Source of the DNA: Treponema sp.
Lineage (GTDB): Bacteria > Spirochaetota > Spirochaetia > Treponematales > Treponemataceae
Length of the DNA stretch: 64,000 nt
NCBI RefSeq assembly: GCF_018385415.1
Contig: NZ_JAHAZA010000070.1
Direction: 5' to 3' (one strand)
Shown: positions 38,655 to 49,584 of the stretch, piece after piece
How positions within the stretch are numbered: position 1 is the stretch's first letter
Layout of the letters: each line of letters starts with the position of its first letter
Program-made: the position numbers and the translations under genes
The notes under the pieces: model-generated
Database searches by the model: none
Told to the model about the DNA's origin: nothing
What the model saw: only the letters and a program-made list of their open reading frames with translations

Positions 38655-39998
38655 ATGAGTTTTAAAGCATCATTTCTTTATGCAAAAAAAATAATTATCT
38701 CACGGGGAACTAAAAAAACTACTGGTACAAAAAGTATTTTCGGAGCAATTCTTTGTATCGCACTAAGTTTAATTCCTCTTGTTGTTGTGTTATCCATTTC
38801 TGATGCCATGGTTAACGGAATGACAGACCGTTTGATAAATCTCTCTTCGGCACATCTTCAGCTGCAATATGATTTTATTGGTGAAGAAAACATAAATAAA
38901 GAACTTCTTGATGTTGCTGTTGATGTTGTAAAGAATGTGCCAGGTGTTACTGAGTCTTATGAAATGATAACAACAATCGGACTTGCAGCATCTTCAAAGG
39001 CAAGGTGTGGTGCAACAGTCAAAGCCTGTAAGCCTGAAATTTTTAAAAATGTTTCATCCTATACAAAACTGTTTTCATCAGTTGAAGGCAATATTGAAGA
39101 TTTTTATAACCTCAATAATCGCAATGTTTTGATTGGAAAAGGAATAGCTGATAAGCTGCAATTAAAATCAGGTGATAACATCAGGATTATTACTACACAG
39201 AAGGTTAACGACAAAATATTACCTAAAATGAATTCGTTTAAAGTTTGTGCTGTAATTTCATGCGGATATCAGGAGCTTGATGCATTGTGGGTTTTTGTTC
39301 CTGTTGATTATGCACTTGATATGGTAAAGCCGGATACATCTGTTGCATCTATTATGATTGAAACTGCTGAACCATTTGGAAAACAGGGACAGCTTAGACA
39401 GGTTCAGAGAAATGTAGAAGAGGCAACCGGTTTTATGGCCAATTCATACAGGTGGGATGAATTGAACCAGTCCCAGTATGAAAATTTTGCCAGTACAAAA
39501 ATGCTTCTTGTTTTTATCATGCTTTTAATTGTTCTTGTTGCCTGTGTTAATATTTCATCTTGTCTTGTTATGCTTTCTCTTGAAAGAAGAAAAGAAATTG
39601 CAATATTAAAAAGTGTTGGAACATCTAATTCTACAATAAGTATGGCGTTTATTTTTGTGGGAATTATGATCGGCCTTGCAGGTATTCTTATTGGAATCCC
39701 AACTGGTATTATTATATCCCTTAATATTAATCATATTGTATGGGCTATTGAACAGGTTGTTAATATTTTTGCACGCCTTGGATATTTCATTGGTAATGGA
39801 AATCTTAATTCGTTCTATGAAATTCACTTAATGGATGAGGCATATTATCTGGAATCTATTCCTGTACACATTCCATTTATTCAAATATTATTCTATATTG
39901 TAGCTACATTAGTTTTGTCTTTACTTACAAGTTTAATTCCTGCTATAAAAGCTGGTAAAGAAAAAACAATAGATACGTTCAGAAAAGCGGGGGCCTAA
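38655..39998 (+). CDS. Lipoprotein-releasing ABC transporter permease (LolC/E family)
   Basis: FtsX-like topology; ERRKEIAILKSVG; YYLESIP. Confidence 0.87.
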   Translation: MSFKASFLYAKKIIISRGTKKTTGTKSIFGAILCIALSLIPLVVVLSISDAMVNGMTDRLINLSSAHLQLQYDFIGEENINKELLDVAVDVVKNVPGVTESYEMITTIGLAASSKARCGATVKACKPEIFKNVSSYTKLFSSVEGNIEDFYNLNNRNVLIGKGIADKLQLKSGDNIRIITTQKVNDKILPKMNSFKVCAVISCGYQELDALWVFVPVDYALDMVKPDTSVASIMIETAEPFGKQGQLRQVQRNVEEATGFMANSYRWDELNQSQYENFASTKMLLVFIMLLIVLVACVNISSCLVMLSLERRKEIAILKSVGTSNSTISMAFIFVGIMIGLAGILIGIPTGIIISLNINHIVWAIEQVVNIFARLGYFIGNGNLNSFYEIHLMDEAYYLESIPVHIPFIQILFYIVATLVLSLLTSLIPAIKAGKEKTIDTFRKAGA

Positions 39999-40498
39999 TG
40001 ATTTGTGATTTTTGTCATCAGCGTGAAGCTACATTTTTTGTAGAACAGACATCAAAGACCGGTAAAAGAAAACTTCATTTTTGTGCTGAATGTGTCAAGG
40101 AACGTGGATTTTCAACTGACCCGAAAGAAATTTCAAAAGCACTGAATTCTCTTTTTACAGAATTTTTTGAAAGGGAAGGTTCAAAGGATTTGATGTGTCC
40201 TGTTTGCGGTCAGCATCTTACAAAGATCTTACTTACAGGATTTACTGGTTGTCCTGAGTGTTATGAAATCTTTAAAGATAAAATTATCGAATATTTGAAA
40301 AAAAATAATGCCTATGGTGTTTACACTGGTTCTATGCCTAAACGCATTGCTAATTTCAGGTCTCCTTTGACTGACCGTATTGAGGTTCAAAAGAAACTTG
40401 AACAGGCAATTGAAAATGAAGATTATGAAAAGGCAGCTTTTTATCGTGATTATCTTCATGCAATAGAAAATAAAGCTGTGTCAGATGGTGAAGAATAA
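39998..40498 (+). CDS. mcsA: McsA (Zn-finger/UVR activator)
   Basis: Four CxxC pairs (CDFC, CAEC, CPVC, GCPECY) and UVR motif EDYEKAAFYRD. Confidence 0.88.
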   Translation: MICDFCHQREATFFVEQTSKTGKRKLHFCAECVKERGFSTDPKEISKALNSLFTEFFEREGSKDLMCPVCGQHLTKILLTGFTGCPECYEIFKDKIIEYLKKNNAYGVYTGSMPKRIANFRSPLTDRIEVQKKLEQAIENEDYEKAAFYRDYLHAIENKAVSDGEE

Positions 40499-40500
40499 AA

Positions 40501-41589
40501 ATGGGAAGAAAAAAAGTAAATGATAATACAGATGTATGGTACAATTTGAAGGCACCTGACCAGGATGTTGTTGTTTCAACACGAATCCGGCTTTCCCGTA
40601 ATCTAGCCAGCTTTCCTTTTACATCAAATTTTAGAAATGATGATGGGGATAGAGTTCAGAATATTGTTTTTGATGCATTTTCAAAATTAAATAATCCTGA
40701 CTCATATCAATCTATGAGTCTTAAAAATCTTGATAAAAATGGTTCCAAGATTCTTGCAGAAAGAGGACTATTAGGTTCTTCATCTGCTACAGGACTTATA
40801 ACAACTACGGATGGAGTTTCTGGTTGCCTTATAAATGATAAAGATCATCTTAAGATTTCAAGCTTTGCTTCAGGACTTGAACTTGAAGCCCCATTTCAGC
40901 GTGTAAAAGCTTTGGATGATGAACTTCAGCAGTTTGTACAGTTTGCTGCAAGCCGTGATTTTGGCTATCTTTCTCCAAGTGTGTACAATACTGGTAGCGC
41001 AATGAAAAGCAGCCTGTATGTGCATCTTCCTTCTTTAAGCTATTCTAATGAAATTGTTGGGTTTATAAAGGAAATTCAAGAAAAGGGCTTTGGTGTATCA
41101 GATGTTTTTGGTGTTGGAAGCCTTTTTAATGCATCACTTGGTGCATATTATCGGATTTTTACAACTTCCAGCTTAAAAGGAAATGAAGTTGAACAGCTTG
41201 GTAATATTTTTGCCCTAGGAAAATATATTTGTGAATTTGAACGCAAGAAAAGGCGTGATTATGCCGATAATAAACCGACAGTTGTTCACAATATTGTTGT
41301 AAGGGCTTATTCACTTGCTAAATTCAGCATTTTATTGAATCTAAGGGACTGTATAGACATAATTTCATGCCTTAAATGGGGGCTGGACTTAGGGTTTATT
41401 ACAGGAATTGAAGATTTTGAATTAAATTCCCTCCTGTATCGTGTTCAATCTGGACATTTAGGCTATTTGCTGAAAACAAGCACTTTTTCTTTTGAAGAGG
41501 ATATTGTTGATAATCCTGAGTTAAAAGAAGACAGACTTCGTGCAATAGTCTTAAAATCAACAGTTGATAAAATAAATTTTGCATCTTAA
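40501..41589 (+). CDS. mcsB: McsB-like ATP:guanido phosphotransferase with degenerate active site
   Basis: STRIRLSRNL, DHLKI, FGYL..N.G...S..VHLP; lies between mcsA and clpC. Confidence 0.82.
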   Translation: MGRKKVNDNTDVWYNLKAPDQDVVVSTRIRLSRNLASFPFTSNFRNDDGDRVQNIVFDAFSKLNNPDSYQSMSLKNLDKNGSKILAERGLLGSSSATGLITTTDGVSGCLINDKDHLKISSFASGLELEAPFQRVKALDDELQQFVQFAASRDFGYLSPSVYNTGSAMKSSLYVHLPSLSYSNEIVGFIKEIQEKGFGVSDVFGVGSLFNASLGAYYRIFTTSSLKGNEVEQLGNIFALGKYICEFERKKRRDYADNKPTVVHNIVVRAYSLAKFSILLNLRDCIDIISCLKWGLDLGFITGIEDFELNSLLYRVQSGHLGYLLKTSTFSFEEDIVDNPELKEDRLRAIVLKSTVDKINFAS

Positions 41590-41635
41590 TTAAAAATATA
41601 GATTCAAATTATTTTAATCTAAGGATTGAATATAT

Positions 41636-44230
41636 ATGAACGGTTTATCTCCTCGCGCTCAGAGACTTCTTGTTGCATTGGCACAGGATGAAGGAAGAAA
41701 AAGCGGTAGTGCTTATCTTCTGCCTGAACATGTAATTCTTGCATTATTGAAAAATGCAGATTCAGTAGGTTACACACTTCTGCTTACAATGAATGTAAAT
41801 GTTCTTAACTTTCAGCTGGCTCTTGAACAGAGTCTTATTCCTGCAAAAAATGTTTCTGCTGTAATGTATGAACTTCCACCAAGCAGACGACTTTCTGTAA
41901 TGCTTGATAATGCACGTCTTGAATCAGAAACATTAGGTGACAGCTATATTGGTACAGAACATTTCCTTCTTGCCGCAATTAAAGAGGAAAGAAGTATTAC
42001 AAACAGATATTTCCTTCGCTCTGGGCTTTTTATTGATTCCATTCGTCCATTAATTACAGAGGCGAGAAGGCAAACTGAATCAAGTGCAACAGCAAAAGGT
42101 GAGAAGAAACTTGAAAATTCTCTTCTTTCAGATCTTCTTGGTGTAGATTATAAAGGGGAATTAGAAGAAACAGCTTCAATTGGTTCTGAAAAAGTAAATA
42201 AAGATAAATCCTCAAAACAAGAAAAGAAAGAATCTGTACTTTCAGAATATTCTCGGGATATGACAGAACAGGCTCGTAATGAAAATTGTGATCCTGTAAT
42301 TGGTCGTTCAAAAGAAATCGGAAGGGTTATTCAAATTCTTTCACGACGTACTAAAAATAATCCGCTTTTGATTGGAGAACCAGGTGTCGGAAAAACAGCA
42401 ATTATTGAAGGTTTAAGTCAGGTAATAGTAAGAGGCGAAGTTCCTTATAACCTTTTAAGAAAGCGGATTTTAGTTTTGGATCTTGGTGCATTAATTGCTG
42501 GAACTAAATACCGTGGAGATTTTGAAGATCGTCTCAAAAAAATAATGAATGAAGTAAAAGAAGATAAGAATATTCTCCTTTTTATTGATGAGATTCATAC
42601 GATTATAGGAGCTGGTGGGCAAGCAGGTCAGCTTGATGCTTCGAATATGTTAAAGCCAGCATTAAGTCGCGGTGAAATTCAGATTATTGGTGCTACAACA
42701 AATAAAGAATATAGAAAGTATCTTGAAAAAGATTCTGCATTTGAAAGAAGATTTCAGATTGTACGTGTTGATGAACCTGATGATTCTGAAACTTTTAAAA
42801 TTCTTTCAGGTGTTCAAAAGAAATATGAGGATTTTCATAATGTAAAATATCTTGATGATGTAATTCCTCTTATTGTAAAACTTTCGCATAGGTACATTCC
42901 TGAAAGATTCTTACCTGATAAAGCAATTGATATTCTCGATGAAACTGGTGCACAGAAAAAAATTCAGGAAGAAGCACGCCCTTCGGAACTTGCTGAAATT
43001 GAAAAAAATATTGAAGCCCTGATTGAAGAAAAAAAGAATCTTGTTAAAAATCAGAATTATGAACAGGCCGCTTTAGTTCGCGATAAAGTTCTTACATTAA
43101 AACAGAAGCTTGAAGTTTTTAGTGAATACTGGAAACAAAATAATGGTAAAATGCGGAAAGAGGTTACTACACAGGATGTTTGCCATGTAATCAGTCAGAT
43201 GACAGGAATTCCTGTTGAAGAACTGGATGTATCCCAGGTTGAACGTTTAATTCATATGGAAGATGAACTTCATAAAACTGTGATTGGTCAGAATGAAGCT
43301 ATCAAATTGATTTCAAGTGCAGTACGAAGAAATAAAGCCGGTATTTCAAGCAGTAAACGTCCTATTGGATCATTTGTTTTCCTTGGACCTACAGGTGTTG
43401 GTAAAACAAAACTTGCAAAGACACTGGCAAAATTCCTCTTTGGTACTGAAGATTCACTTATAAGAATTGACATGTCAGATTTTATGGAACGTCATACTGC
43501 AAGCCGTTTAACAGGTGCACCTCCAGGATATGTTGGATACGAAGAAGGTGGATTGCTTACAGAAAAGATCCGTCAGCATCCATATTCTGTTATTCTCTTT
43601 GATGAAATTGAAAAAGCTCATCCAGATGTATTTAACCTTATGCTTCAAATTCTTGAAGAAGGTGAATTGAGTGATAGTTTTGGACATAATGTAAGTTTCA
43701 AAAATACAGTTATCATTATGACAAGTAATGCAGGTGCCCGTGAAATTGTATCACAGGGAAAAATTGGTTTTAACGATGCAGAGGAAAAAGCTGATGAACT
43801 GGATTACGAAGAAATAAAAGCAAGTGCTGTGATGGAACTTAAAAAAATTATGAGTCCAGAACTTATCAATCGTATTGATGATCTTATTGTCTTTGGTGGA
43901 TTGTCACAGGAAGAAATTGGTCAGATTCTTGAAGTTCAGCTTAACGAACTTAACGATATTCTTGTTGAAAAAGGTCTTAAGATGACTGTAAAACCAAAAG
44001 CAAAGCAATATATGATTGAAAATGGGTATGATCCTGAAATGGGAGCTCGTCCAATGCGTCGAATGCTTCAGCGGGAGGTTGAAGATCCATTAAGTATTCT
44101 TGTTCTTAGAAAGGACATTGAAGCTAGTGATGAAATTATTGTTGATTCAGACGGTCAGTCAATTGAGGTAAAGTTTAAAAAACCTAAAAAGACTGCAAAA
44201 AAAATTGTAGTGAAACAATTAAGCGAATAA
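41636..44230 (+). CDS. clpC: ATP-dependent Clp protease ATP-binding subunit ClpC
   Basis: Clp-N repeats, GEPGVGKT, UVR middle domain, GPTGVGKT, GAPPGYVGY, IGF loop. Confidence 0.93.
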   Translation: MNGLSPRAQRLLVALAQDEGRKSGSAYLLPEHVILALLKNADSVGYTLLLTMNVNVLNFQLALEQSLIPAKNVSAVMYELPPSRRLSVMLDNARLESETLGDSYIGTEHFLLAAIKEERSITNRYFLRSGLFIDSIRPLITEARRQTESSATAKGEKKLENSLLSDLLGVDYKGELEETASIGSEKVNKDKSSKQEKKESVLSEYSRDMTEQARNENCDPVIGRSKEIGRVIQILSRRTKNNPLLIGEPGVGKTAIIEGLSQVIVRGEVPYNLLRKRILVLDLGALIAGTKYRGDFEDRLKKIMNEVKEDKNILLFIDEIHTIIGAGGQAGQLDASNMLKPALSRGEIQIIGATTNKEYRKYLEKDSAFERRFQIVRVDEPDDSETFKILSGVQKKYEDFHNVKYLDDVIPLIVKLSHRYIPERFLPDKAIDILDETGAQKKIQEEARPSELAEIEKNIEALIEEKKNLVKNQNYEQAALVRDKVLTLKQKLEVFSEYWKQNNGKMRKEVTTQDVCHVISQMTGIPVEELDVSQVERLIHMEDELHKTVIGQNEAIKLISSAVRRNKAGISSSKRPIGSFVFLGPTGVGKTKLAKTLAKFLFGTEDSLIRIDMSDFMERHTASRLTGAPPGYVGYEEGGLLTEKIRQHPYSVILFDEIEKAHPDVFNLMLQILEEGELSDSFGHNVSFKNTVIIMTSNAGAREIVSQGKIGFNDAEEKADELDYEEIKASAVMELKKIMSPELINRIDDLIVFGGLSQEEIGQILEVQLNELNDILVEKGLKMTVKPKAKQYMIENGYDPEMGARPMRRMLQREVEDPLSILVLRKDIEASDEIIVDSDGQSIEVKFKKPKKTAKKIVVKQLSE

Positions 44231-44249
44231 TTGATATAATAGTAAAACT

Positions 44250-45554
44250 ATGAAAAACATTGAATTCTCCGACTTTGGAAAAAAACTTTGTAGTGATTCC
44301 GGTATCCTCCAGCTTATGGATGATCTTGGGAAACCTCTTCCTAAAAATATACCAACATTTCAGCTTGGGGGAGGAAATCCGGCTTCCATTCCTGAAATTG
44401 AAAAGATGTATCGTGACCGTATGGAATACATCCTTAATCATGGAAATGATTTTGAAAACCTTATAGGTCGTTACGATTCTCCTCAGGGACGCATGTCTTT
44501 TATCGAAGATGTTGCCGAATATCTTTCGAATAAATTCGGGTGGAAAATTGGACCTGAAAATGTAGGAATTACAAATGGAAGCCAGAGTGCTTTCTTCTAC
44601 CTTTTTAATTTATTTTCGGGAACCTTCAGTAAAGAAAGAAAGAAAAAAACTATCGTTCTTCCTTTAGTTCCTGAATATATCGGATATGCAGATCAGGGAC
44701 TAGAACCTGATGCTTTTGTGGGAATCCCTGCAACTTTCACAATGTTTGATAATCATACATTTAAATATAACATTAATTTTGAATTACTCGAAGATTATCT
44801 TGAAAATCACCATAATGTTGGAGCTTTATGTGTAAGTCGTCCTACAAATCCCACTGGAAATGTTCTTACAAATAATGAAATTCATAAACTTTCAGACCTT
44901 GCAAAAAAATATGATATTCCACTTATGGTGGATAATGCATATGGATTACCTTGGCCTGATATTATTTTTGATGATAACGCAATTCCATATTGGGATGAAA
45001 ATGTCATTCTTTCAATGAGTCTTTCGAAGATTGGTCTTCCATCATTAAGAACTGGTATTATTATTGCAGACTCAAGAATTATTACAGCACTTTCAAATTT
45101 AAATGCAATTGCAGCATTGGCTTCTGGAAGTGTAGGACAGGCAATTGCAGGTGCTTTGATTAAAGATGGTTCTCTTGTTGAGGCTGCAAAAAAATTTGTT
45201 AAACCATTTTATCTTAAGAAAAGTCTTTCTACTCAGCAATCAATTCACAAATACTTTAAGGAGTGCGATTATTCTATTCACAAAAGTGAAGGTGCAATTT
45301 TCTTATGGTTATTGCTTAATGATTTATCAATTCCTACAAAAGAATTTTATCATAAGCTTAAAGAAAAAGGTGTTATTGTTGTTCCTGGAGAATATTTCTT
45401 CTTTGGTAATCCGGTTGACCTTTCACTCCCAAAGGTTGAGGAGCATCCTCATTATTCAAAATGTATAAGAATGAATTATTCACGTCCAGAGAAAGAGGTC
45501 GATGAAGGTATTCGAATCATTTCTGAAGTATACAGGAAATATAGAAAAAACTAG
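44250..45554 (+). CDS. avtA: Valine--pyruvate aminotransferase
   Basis: SGILQLMDDLG, LGGGNP, TNGSQSAFFYLFNLF, PEYIGY, SRPTNPTGN, SLSKIGLP. Confidence 0.88.
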   Translation: MKNIEFSDFGKKLCSDSGILQLMDDLGKPLPKNIPTFQLGGGNPASIPEIEKMYRDRMEYILNHGNDFENLIGRYDSPQGRMSFIEDVAEYLSNKFGWKIGPENVGITNGSQSAFFYLFNLFSGTFSKERKKKTIVLPLVPEYIGYADQGLEPDAFVGIPATFTMFDNHTFKYNINFELLEDYLENHHNVGALCVSRPTNPTGNVLTNNEIHKLSDLAKKYDIPLMVDNAYGLPWPDIIFDDNAIPYWDENVILSMSLSKIGLPSLRTGIIIADSRIITALSNLNAIAALASGSVGQAIAGALIKDGSLVEAAKKFVKPFYLKKSLSTQQSIHKYFKECDYSIHKSEGAIFLWLLLNDLSIPTKEFYHKLKEKGVIVVPGEYFFFGNPVDLSLPKVEEHPHYSKCIRMNYSRPEKEVDEGIRIISEVYRKYRKN

Positions 45555-45609
45555 AAAATTAAGAATTTGTAAGATATAATTTAAAGGTATAGGTAACTTT
45601 GAGGGTATT

Positions 45610-46221
45610 ATGATTAAAGTATTTTTACCATATGATGTTGTAAGAAATGATGCACTAAAACTTGCTCATAAGATTTATACTGAAGAAAATTTTGTTCCGG
45701 ATGTAATGTATGTTTCTCTTCGTGGTGGAGCTTACATGGCAAATGTTATAAGTGAGTATTTTAAAATTGTTCGTAAAGATAAACATCCTGTTCTTTACGC
45801 AGCAATGGTTGCCCGTTCTTATTCCGGAGTAAGATCTCATGCAAAGGTAATGATTGATGGATGGACATATCCTCCAGAACGTCTTCGGCCAGGTGATAAA
45901 GTAATGCTTGTTGACGATATTTTTGATTCAGGAGATACAATTAACGCTCTTGCAGAAATTCTTCTTGATAGAGGAATTCCTCGTGAAGATCTTAAAATTG
46001 TAGTACATGATTATAAATATTTTACTTACAAAGAAAAACAGCATCCTGTTCAACCTGATTTTTATTCTAGAAAGATAGTAATTAATAATCCTGAAGAAGA
46101 CAGATGGATTCATTATATGAGCCACGAACTTGTAGGATTAAGCCAGGAAGATCTTGAGGAATATTATTATAAACAGGATCCTGAACTTAGAAATATACTT
46201 GGTTCTATTTTAGGAAAATAA
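45610..46221 (+). CDS. Type I phosphoribosyltransferase
   Basis: SLRGG and PRPP loop VMLVDDIFDSGDT. Confidence 0.85.
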   Translation: MIKVFLPYDVVRNDALKLAHKIYTEENFVPDVMYVSLRGGAYMANVISEYFKIVRKDKHPVLYAAMVARSYSGVRSHAKVMIDGWTYPPERLRPGDKVMLVDDIFDSGDTINALAEILLDRGIPREDLKIVVHDYKYFTYKEKQHPVQPDFYSRKIVINNPEEDRWIHYMSHELVGLSQEDLEEYYYKQDPELRNILGSILGK

Positions 46222-46227
46222 CGAACA

Positions 46228-48363
46228 ATGAAAAAAATTAAACAGTTTTTTAAACTATTCTTGTCTCTCTATTTATTTTCAAGTGCAAGTATTTTTGCTG
46301 ATGTGAAGATTGTAAGTCCTGCAGTGGAAGTAAGCAAAATCTGGGCAAATAAACAGGTACTTGTGATTAATGCAACTGAAGGTGAAGATGTATTCTATTC
46401 GTTTTCAGGAGAAGATCCTCTTAAAAGTGGATTTGTTTATGATGAACCTGTGTTGATTGATATTACTGGAGATGTTGAACTTAAAATTTCCAGTGTAAAC
46501 AAAAACCATCAGAGAAAAGATTATGTTTTAAATTATACTGTTGATGAATCATTGAATGATAAAATTACAACATTAGAAGAAAAATCTTTTATTAATAAAT
46601 TAAATGAATCAGTCATTTATAATCTTGAATGTGGTCAGCATCTTGATATTCCCGAAACATTTAACTATGTAGTTTCATGTGTAACTGAAGATTATTCAAT
46701 GGAAAAGGGCCGATCCATTTATGTTAATTCTGATTCGACATTAGATCGTTATGCTTCATTGGTTTTAAAATCTTCCAGTAACTGTTTCTGGAATTATGTT
46801 ATTCATGTTATCCCTGTTGTTAAAGGGGAATATACAAAAGCCGCCGTTCCTTTTGAAATCATTGAATGGTCAAAAATAAAATTCACTGATAATAAATTTA
46901 TATATGCAATTGATGACAGCTGGTGGCAGCGTTCAGGTCAAATAATTGAAATAGACAGGTCTGTTCCACATATTATTAAATGGCAGCCTGTTGATTATGA
47001 TCCTTTTAATCCCATTGTTTCTTACAATATTCCTGCAACTCCTGTAATTAAGTGTGAGTTGATGGAAAATTCAACAATAGAGCTTTCTCTCGAAGGAGAT
47101 TCTAGTTATCGTTTTGCAAAAAACAAAAATGCAGTTGTATCGGCTCCGGCTGTTGGCTTGCATGAAAAAATTGTTGTTGATGCATTCCCTGGAGAAAATT
47201 TTTCAACTCTATTACCATTGGATGTGTACTCTGAAAATGTTTATCAAGGACAGTTATTTGCTTTTGTTCAGTTGAATCGTAAAAAGCCGGCTATCCCTGA
47301 AATTGTCTTATCAGATATCAGCGATGTATGTAGAAATGATGTTTCCCTGTATATGAAAGCAGGCAAAGAAGAAGATATTATTAAATATTATATTCATGGA
47401 CCTGTTACTCTTAATTTTGAACAGTTAACTCACAAATCTCCTATTGAACCAGCATTAAAAGTTGATTCACAGGCGTTTGTTAATTATGAAAATACAGAAA
47501 TAAAACTTGTGGGTAAAGAGGATGTTCCTGTTTATTATAAGGTTTATGCCTACTCAGTTGATAAGTGGGATAATGTAAGTTTTTTAAAAACAGTTGATGT
47601 TGTGATAGATAAATGCAATTATTTTATTAATCCAAAAAGTTCAGTGGATAATCCAGATGGAACTTATGATAAACCATTTAAAGATCTTTCTAAGCTTGAA
47701 GAAATTATCAACAACAACAACTGGTCAAATTTCTATCTTTATGGAAAAACTTCTGTTAATGAACTTAACTTGAATTTAAAACAGAACTTCCAGATAACCG
47801 GTGTTGATAAAGCTCAGGTAGAGTTTGGAGAAAATTCAGGATTATTTATTAATGGTGGAAGCTGTTCGTTAAATAATATTTTGCTAAAAAATACAGATTT
47901 ATTAACAGGTTCTGATTCTATAATGATTAATGTTATTAATGGGACTTTACAGCTGAAAGATTGTGAACTTTCATTTACAAGAAATAAAAATGCAGTTCTT
48001 ATTAATTCTATTCAGTCAATTGTAAATATTACAAATACTGGTTTAAGCTCAGTTGCTAATGACTATAGTTGTGTTATAAGCGGAATAAACTCAAAAATTA
48101 CATTAAATAAATGTCGAGTTTCTACAGTTGCCACAACAAATGTAAATATTACTGTAAAAAATTCCAAACTTAATTTGTTAAATTCAAGTTGTTCACTTTC
48201 TGGTCTTAATAGTCGTATTGTTGAATTGTTTTCCTCTGAAGGTGTTTTATCTATGAATAATTTTACTGCAAAAAAGAATGGCCAAAATTCAAGCAGTGAT
48301 ATTGTATGGAAAGATGAAAACTCTAAAGTAACTGAGTCGAAGAATAAAGTTGTTGGATTTTAA
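46228..48363 (+). CDS. Large exported hypothetical protein (Ig/Fn3-associated domains and C-terminal beta-helix)
   Basis: Signal peptide; VFYSFSGEDP Fn3-associated motif; DGTYDKPFK; Asn/Ser-rich beta-helix-like tail. Confidence 0.7.
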   Translation: MKKIKQFFKLFLSLYLFSSASIFADVKIVSPAVEVSKIWANKQVLVINATEGEDVFYSFSGEDPLKSGFVYDEPVLIDITGDVELKISSVNKNHQRKDYVLNYTVDESLNDKITTLEEKSFINKLNESVIYNLECGQHLDIPETFNYVVSCVTEDYSMEKGRSIYVNSDSTLDRYASLVLKSSSNCFWNYVIHVIPVVKGEYTKAAVPFEIIEWSKIKFTDNKFIYAIDDSWWQRSGQIIEIDRSVPHIIKWQPVDYDPFNPIVSYNIPATPVIKCELMENSTIELSLEGDSSYRFAKNKNAVVSAPAVGLHEKIVVDAFPGENFSTLLPLDVYSENVYQGQLFAFVQLNRKKPAIPEIVLSDISDVCRNDVSLYMKAGKEEDIIKYYIHGPVTLNFEQLTHKSPIEPALKVDSQAFVNYENTEIKLVGKEDVPVYYKVYAYSVDKWDNVSFLKTVDVVIDKCNYFINPKSSVDNPDGTYDKPFKDLSKLEEIINNNNWSNFYLYGKTSVNELNLNLKQNFQITGVDKAQVEFGENSGLFINGGSCSLNNILLKNTDLLTGSDSIMINVINGTLQLKDCELSFTRNKNAVLINSIQSIVNITNTGLSSVANDYSCVISGINSKITLNKCRVSTVATTNVNITVKNSKLNLLNSSCSLSGLNSRIVELFSSEGVLSMNNFTAKKNGQNSSSDIVWKDENSKVTESKNKVVGF

Positions 48364-48375
48364 TCGAGGATAGTT

Positions 48376-48981
48376 ATGTCACAGATTATAATTAATTGTG
48401 GGCTGGATGAAGCTGGCAGAGGTCCTCTTGCAGGCCCGGTAACTGCTGGAGCTGTAATTTTACCACCAGATTTTCCACTTGAAATTTTAAATGATTCGAA
48501 AAAAATTTCAGAAAAGAAACGAGCTTCAGCAGAGCTTGTTATAAAAGAAAAAGCATTATGGGGACTTGGAGTTATCAATCACGATACAATTGATAAAATC
48601 AATATTCTTCAGGCCAGCATGCTTGCTATGAAAAATGCTTTCGATATGCTGATGATAAAATTTGATGATTGGGTTATAAATAATAATCTTGATCCTTCTG
48701 TTTATTGTCGTGAAAATATTTTATGTATTGCAGATGGAAATAAAATTCCACCTGTTGAAGCTAACTGTAAGTGTGAAGTAAAAGCTGATGCCAGATTTGA
48801 ATGTGTAATGGCAGCAAGTATTATTGCAAAGGTTGCTCGTGATAATATTATGTTGGAATATGATAAGCTTTACCCTCAGTATAATTACAAGCAGCATAAA
48901 GGTTATCCAACAGAGGCTCATCGAAAAATTTGTCGTGAACTTGGACCAAGTCCAATACAAAGATTAAGTTTCAGTTACTAA
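48376..48981 (+). CDS. rnhB: Ribonuclease HII
   Basis: GLDEAGRGPLAGPV, DSKK, DGN, AASIIAKV, HKGYPT. Confidence 0.95.
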   Translation: MSQIIINCGLDEAGRGPLAGPVTAGAVILPPDFPLEILNDSKKISEKKRASAELVIKEKALWGLGVINHDTIDKINILQASMLAMKNAFDMLMIKFDDWVINNNLDPSVYCRENILCIADGNKIPPVEANCKCEVKADARFECVMAASIIAKVARDNIMLEYDKLYPQYNYKQHKGYPTEAHRKICRELGPSPIQRLSFSY

Positions 48982-49010
48982 AAGTGTAGTGTAGAAAGTA
49001 AATATAGATT

Positions 49011-49051
49011 AAAAAAAATGAACTGATGATTTTCATCAGTTCATTTTTTTT
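49011..49051. terminator. Bidirectional rho-independent terminator
   Basis: AAAAAAAATGAACTGATGA-TTT-TCATCAGTTCATTTTTTTT, between convergent rnhB and the PUR-domain gene. Confidence 0.9.
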
Positions 49052-49053
49052 AA

Positions 49054-49482
49054 TTATTTATCGTCTGTTTTTCTTTTTGAAACAACATGTACTCTTCCGG
49101 TTTTTTTTACTTGAGAAGTAAATACTCTTTCAGTTTCACCATCTTTTGTTGATTTTCTCTTATAAACTTTTTTTGTATCAGAAGAAGCTGGTTTACGTCC
49201 GTATTTTGCTTCTTTAGCAGCTTTTTTTTCAGCAGCTTTTCTTGCTCTTTCTTTTTTTTCTTTGTCAATAAAAGAAAGGGAAGATTCAAGTCCTTTAAGG
49301 AATTTCTGCATATCTTCTGCAAAAATGGCAACCTGATGACGGTCAAAATCTACGCCTTCACCTTTTTTGCTTTCTACAATCTGGAGAAATACATCGCCTG
49401 AACGGTTTTCTTTTACATTAAAAAAATAAGATCTGTTGTCCAATACAATCTGAGTTGTATACAATTCACCTCTAATAGCCAT
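49054..49482 (-). CDS. PUR-domain (BpuR/DUF3276-like) nucleic-acid-binding protein with basic tail
   Basis: RSYFFNVKENRSGDVFLQIVESK...RHQVAIF PUR repeat; Lys/Arg-rich C-terminus; GGAGG RBS. Confidence 0.83.
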   Translation of the reverse strand: MAIRGELYTTQIVLDNRSYFFNVKENRSGDVFLQIVESKKGEGVDFDRHQVAIFAEDMQKFLKGLESSLSFIDKEKKERARKAAEKKAAKEAKYGRKPASSDTKKVYKRKSTKDGETERVFTSQVKKTGRVHVVSKRKTDDK

Positions 49483-49584
49483 AGTTCCACCTCCGGTAAA
49501 GCATATGAATTATGCTTGTATTAATTCCTTCCCTGATAATGTGTGGGGATTTATAAACTGAATATATCAGTTATAAAAAAATTG

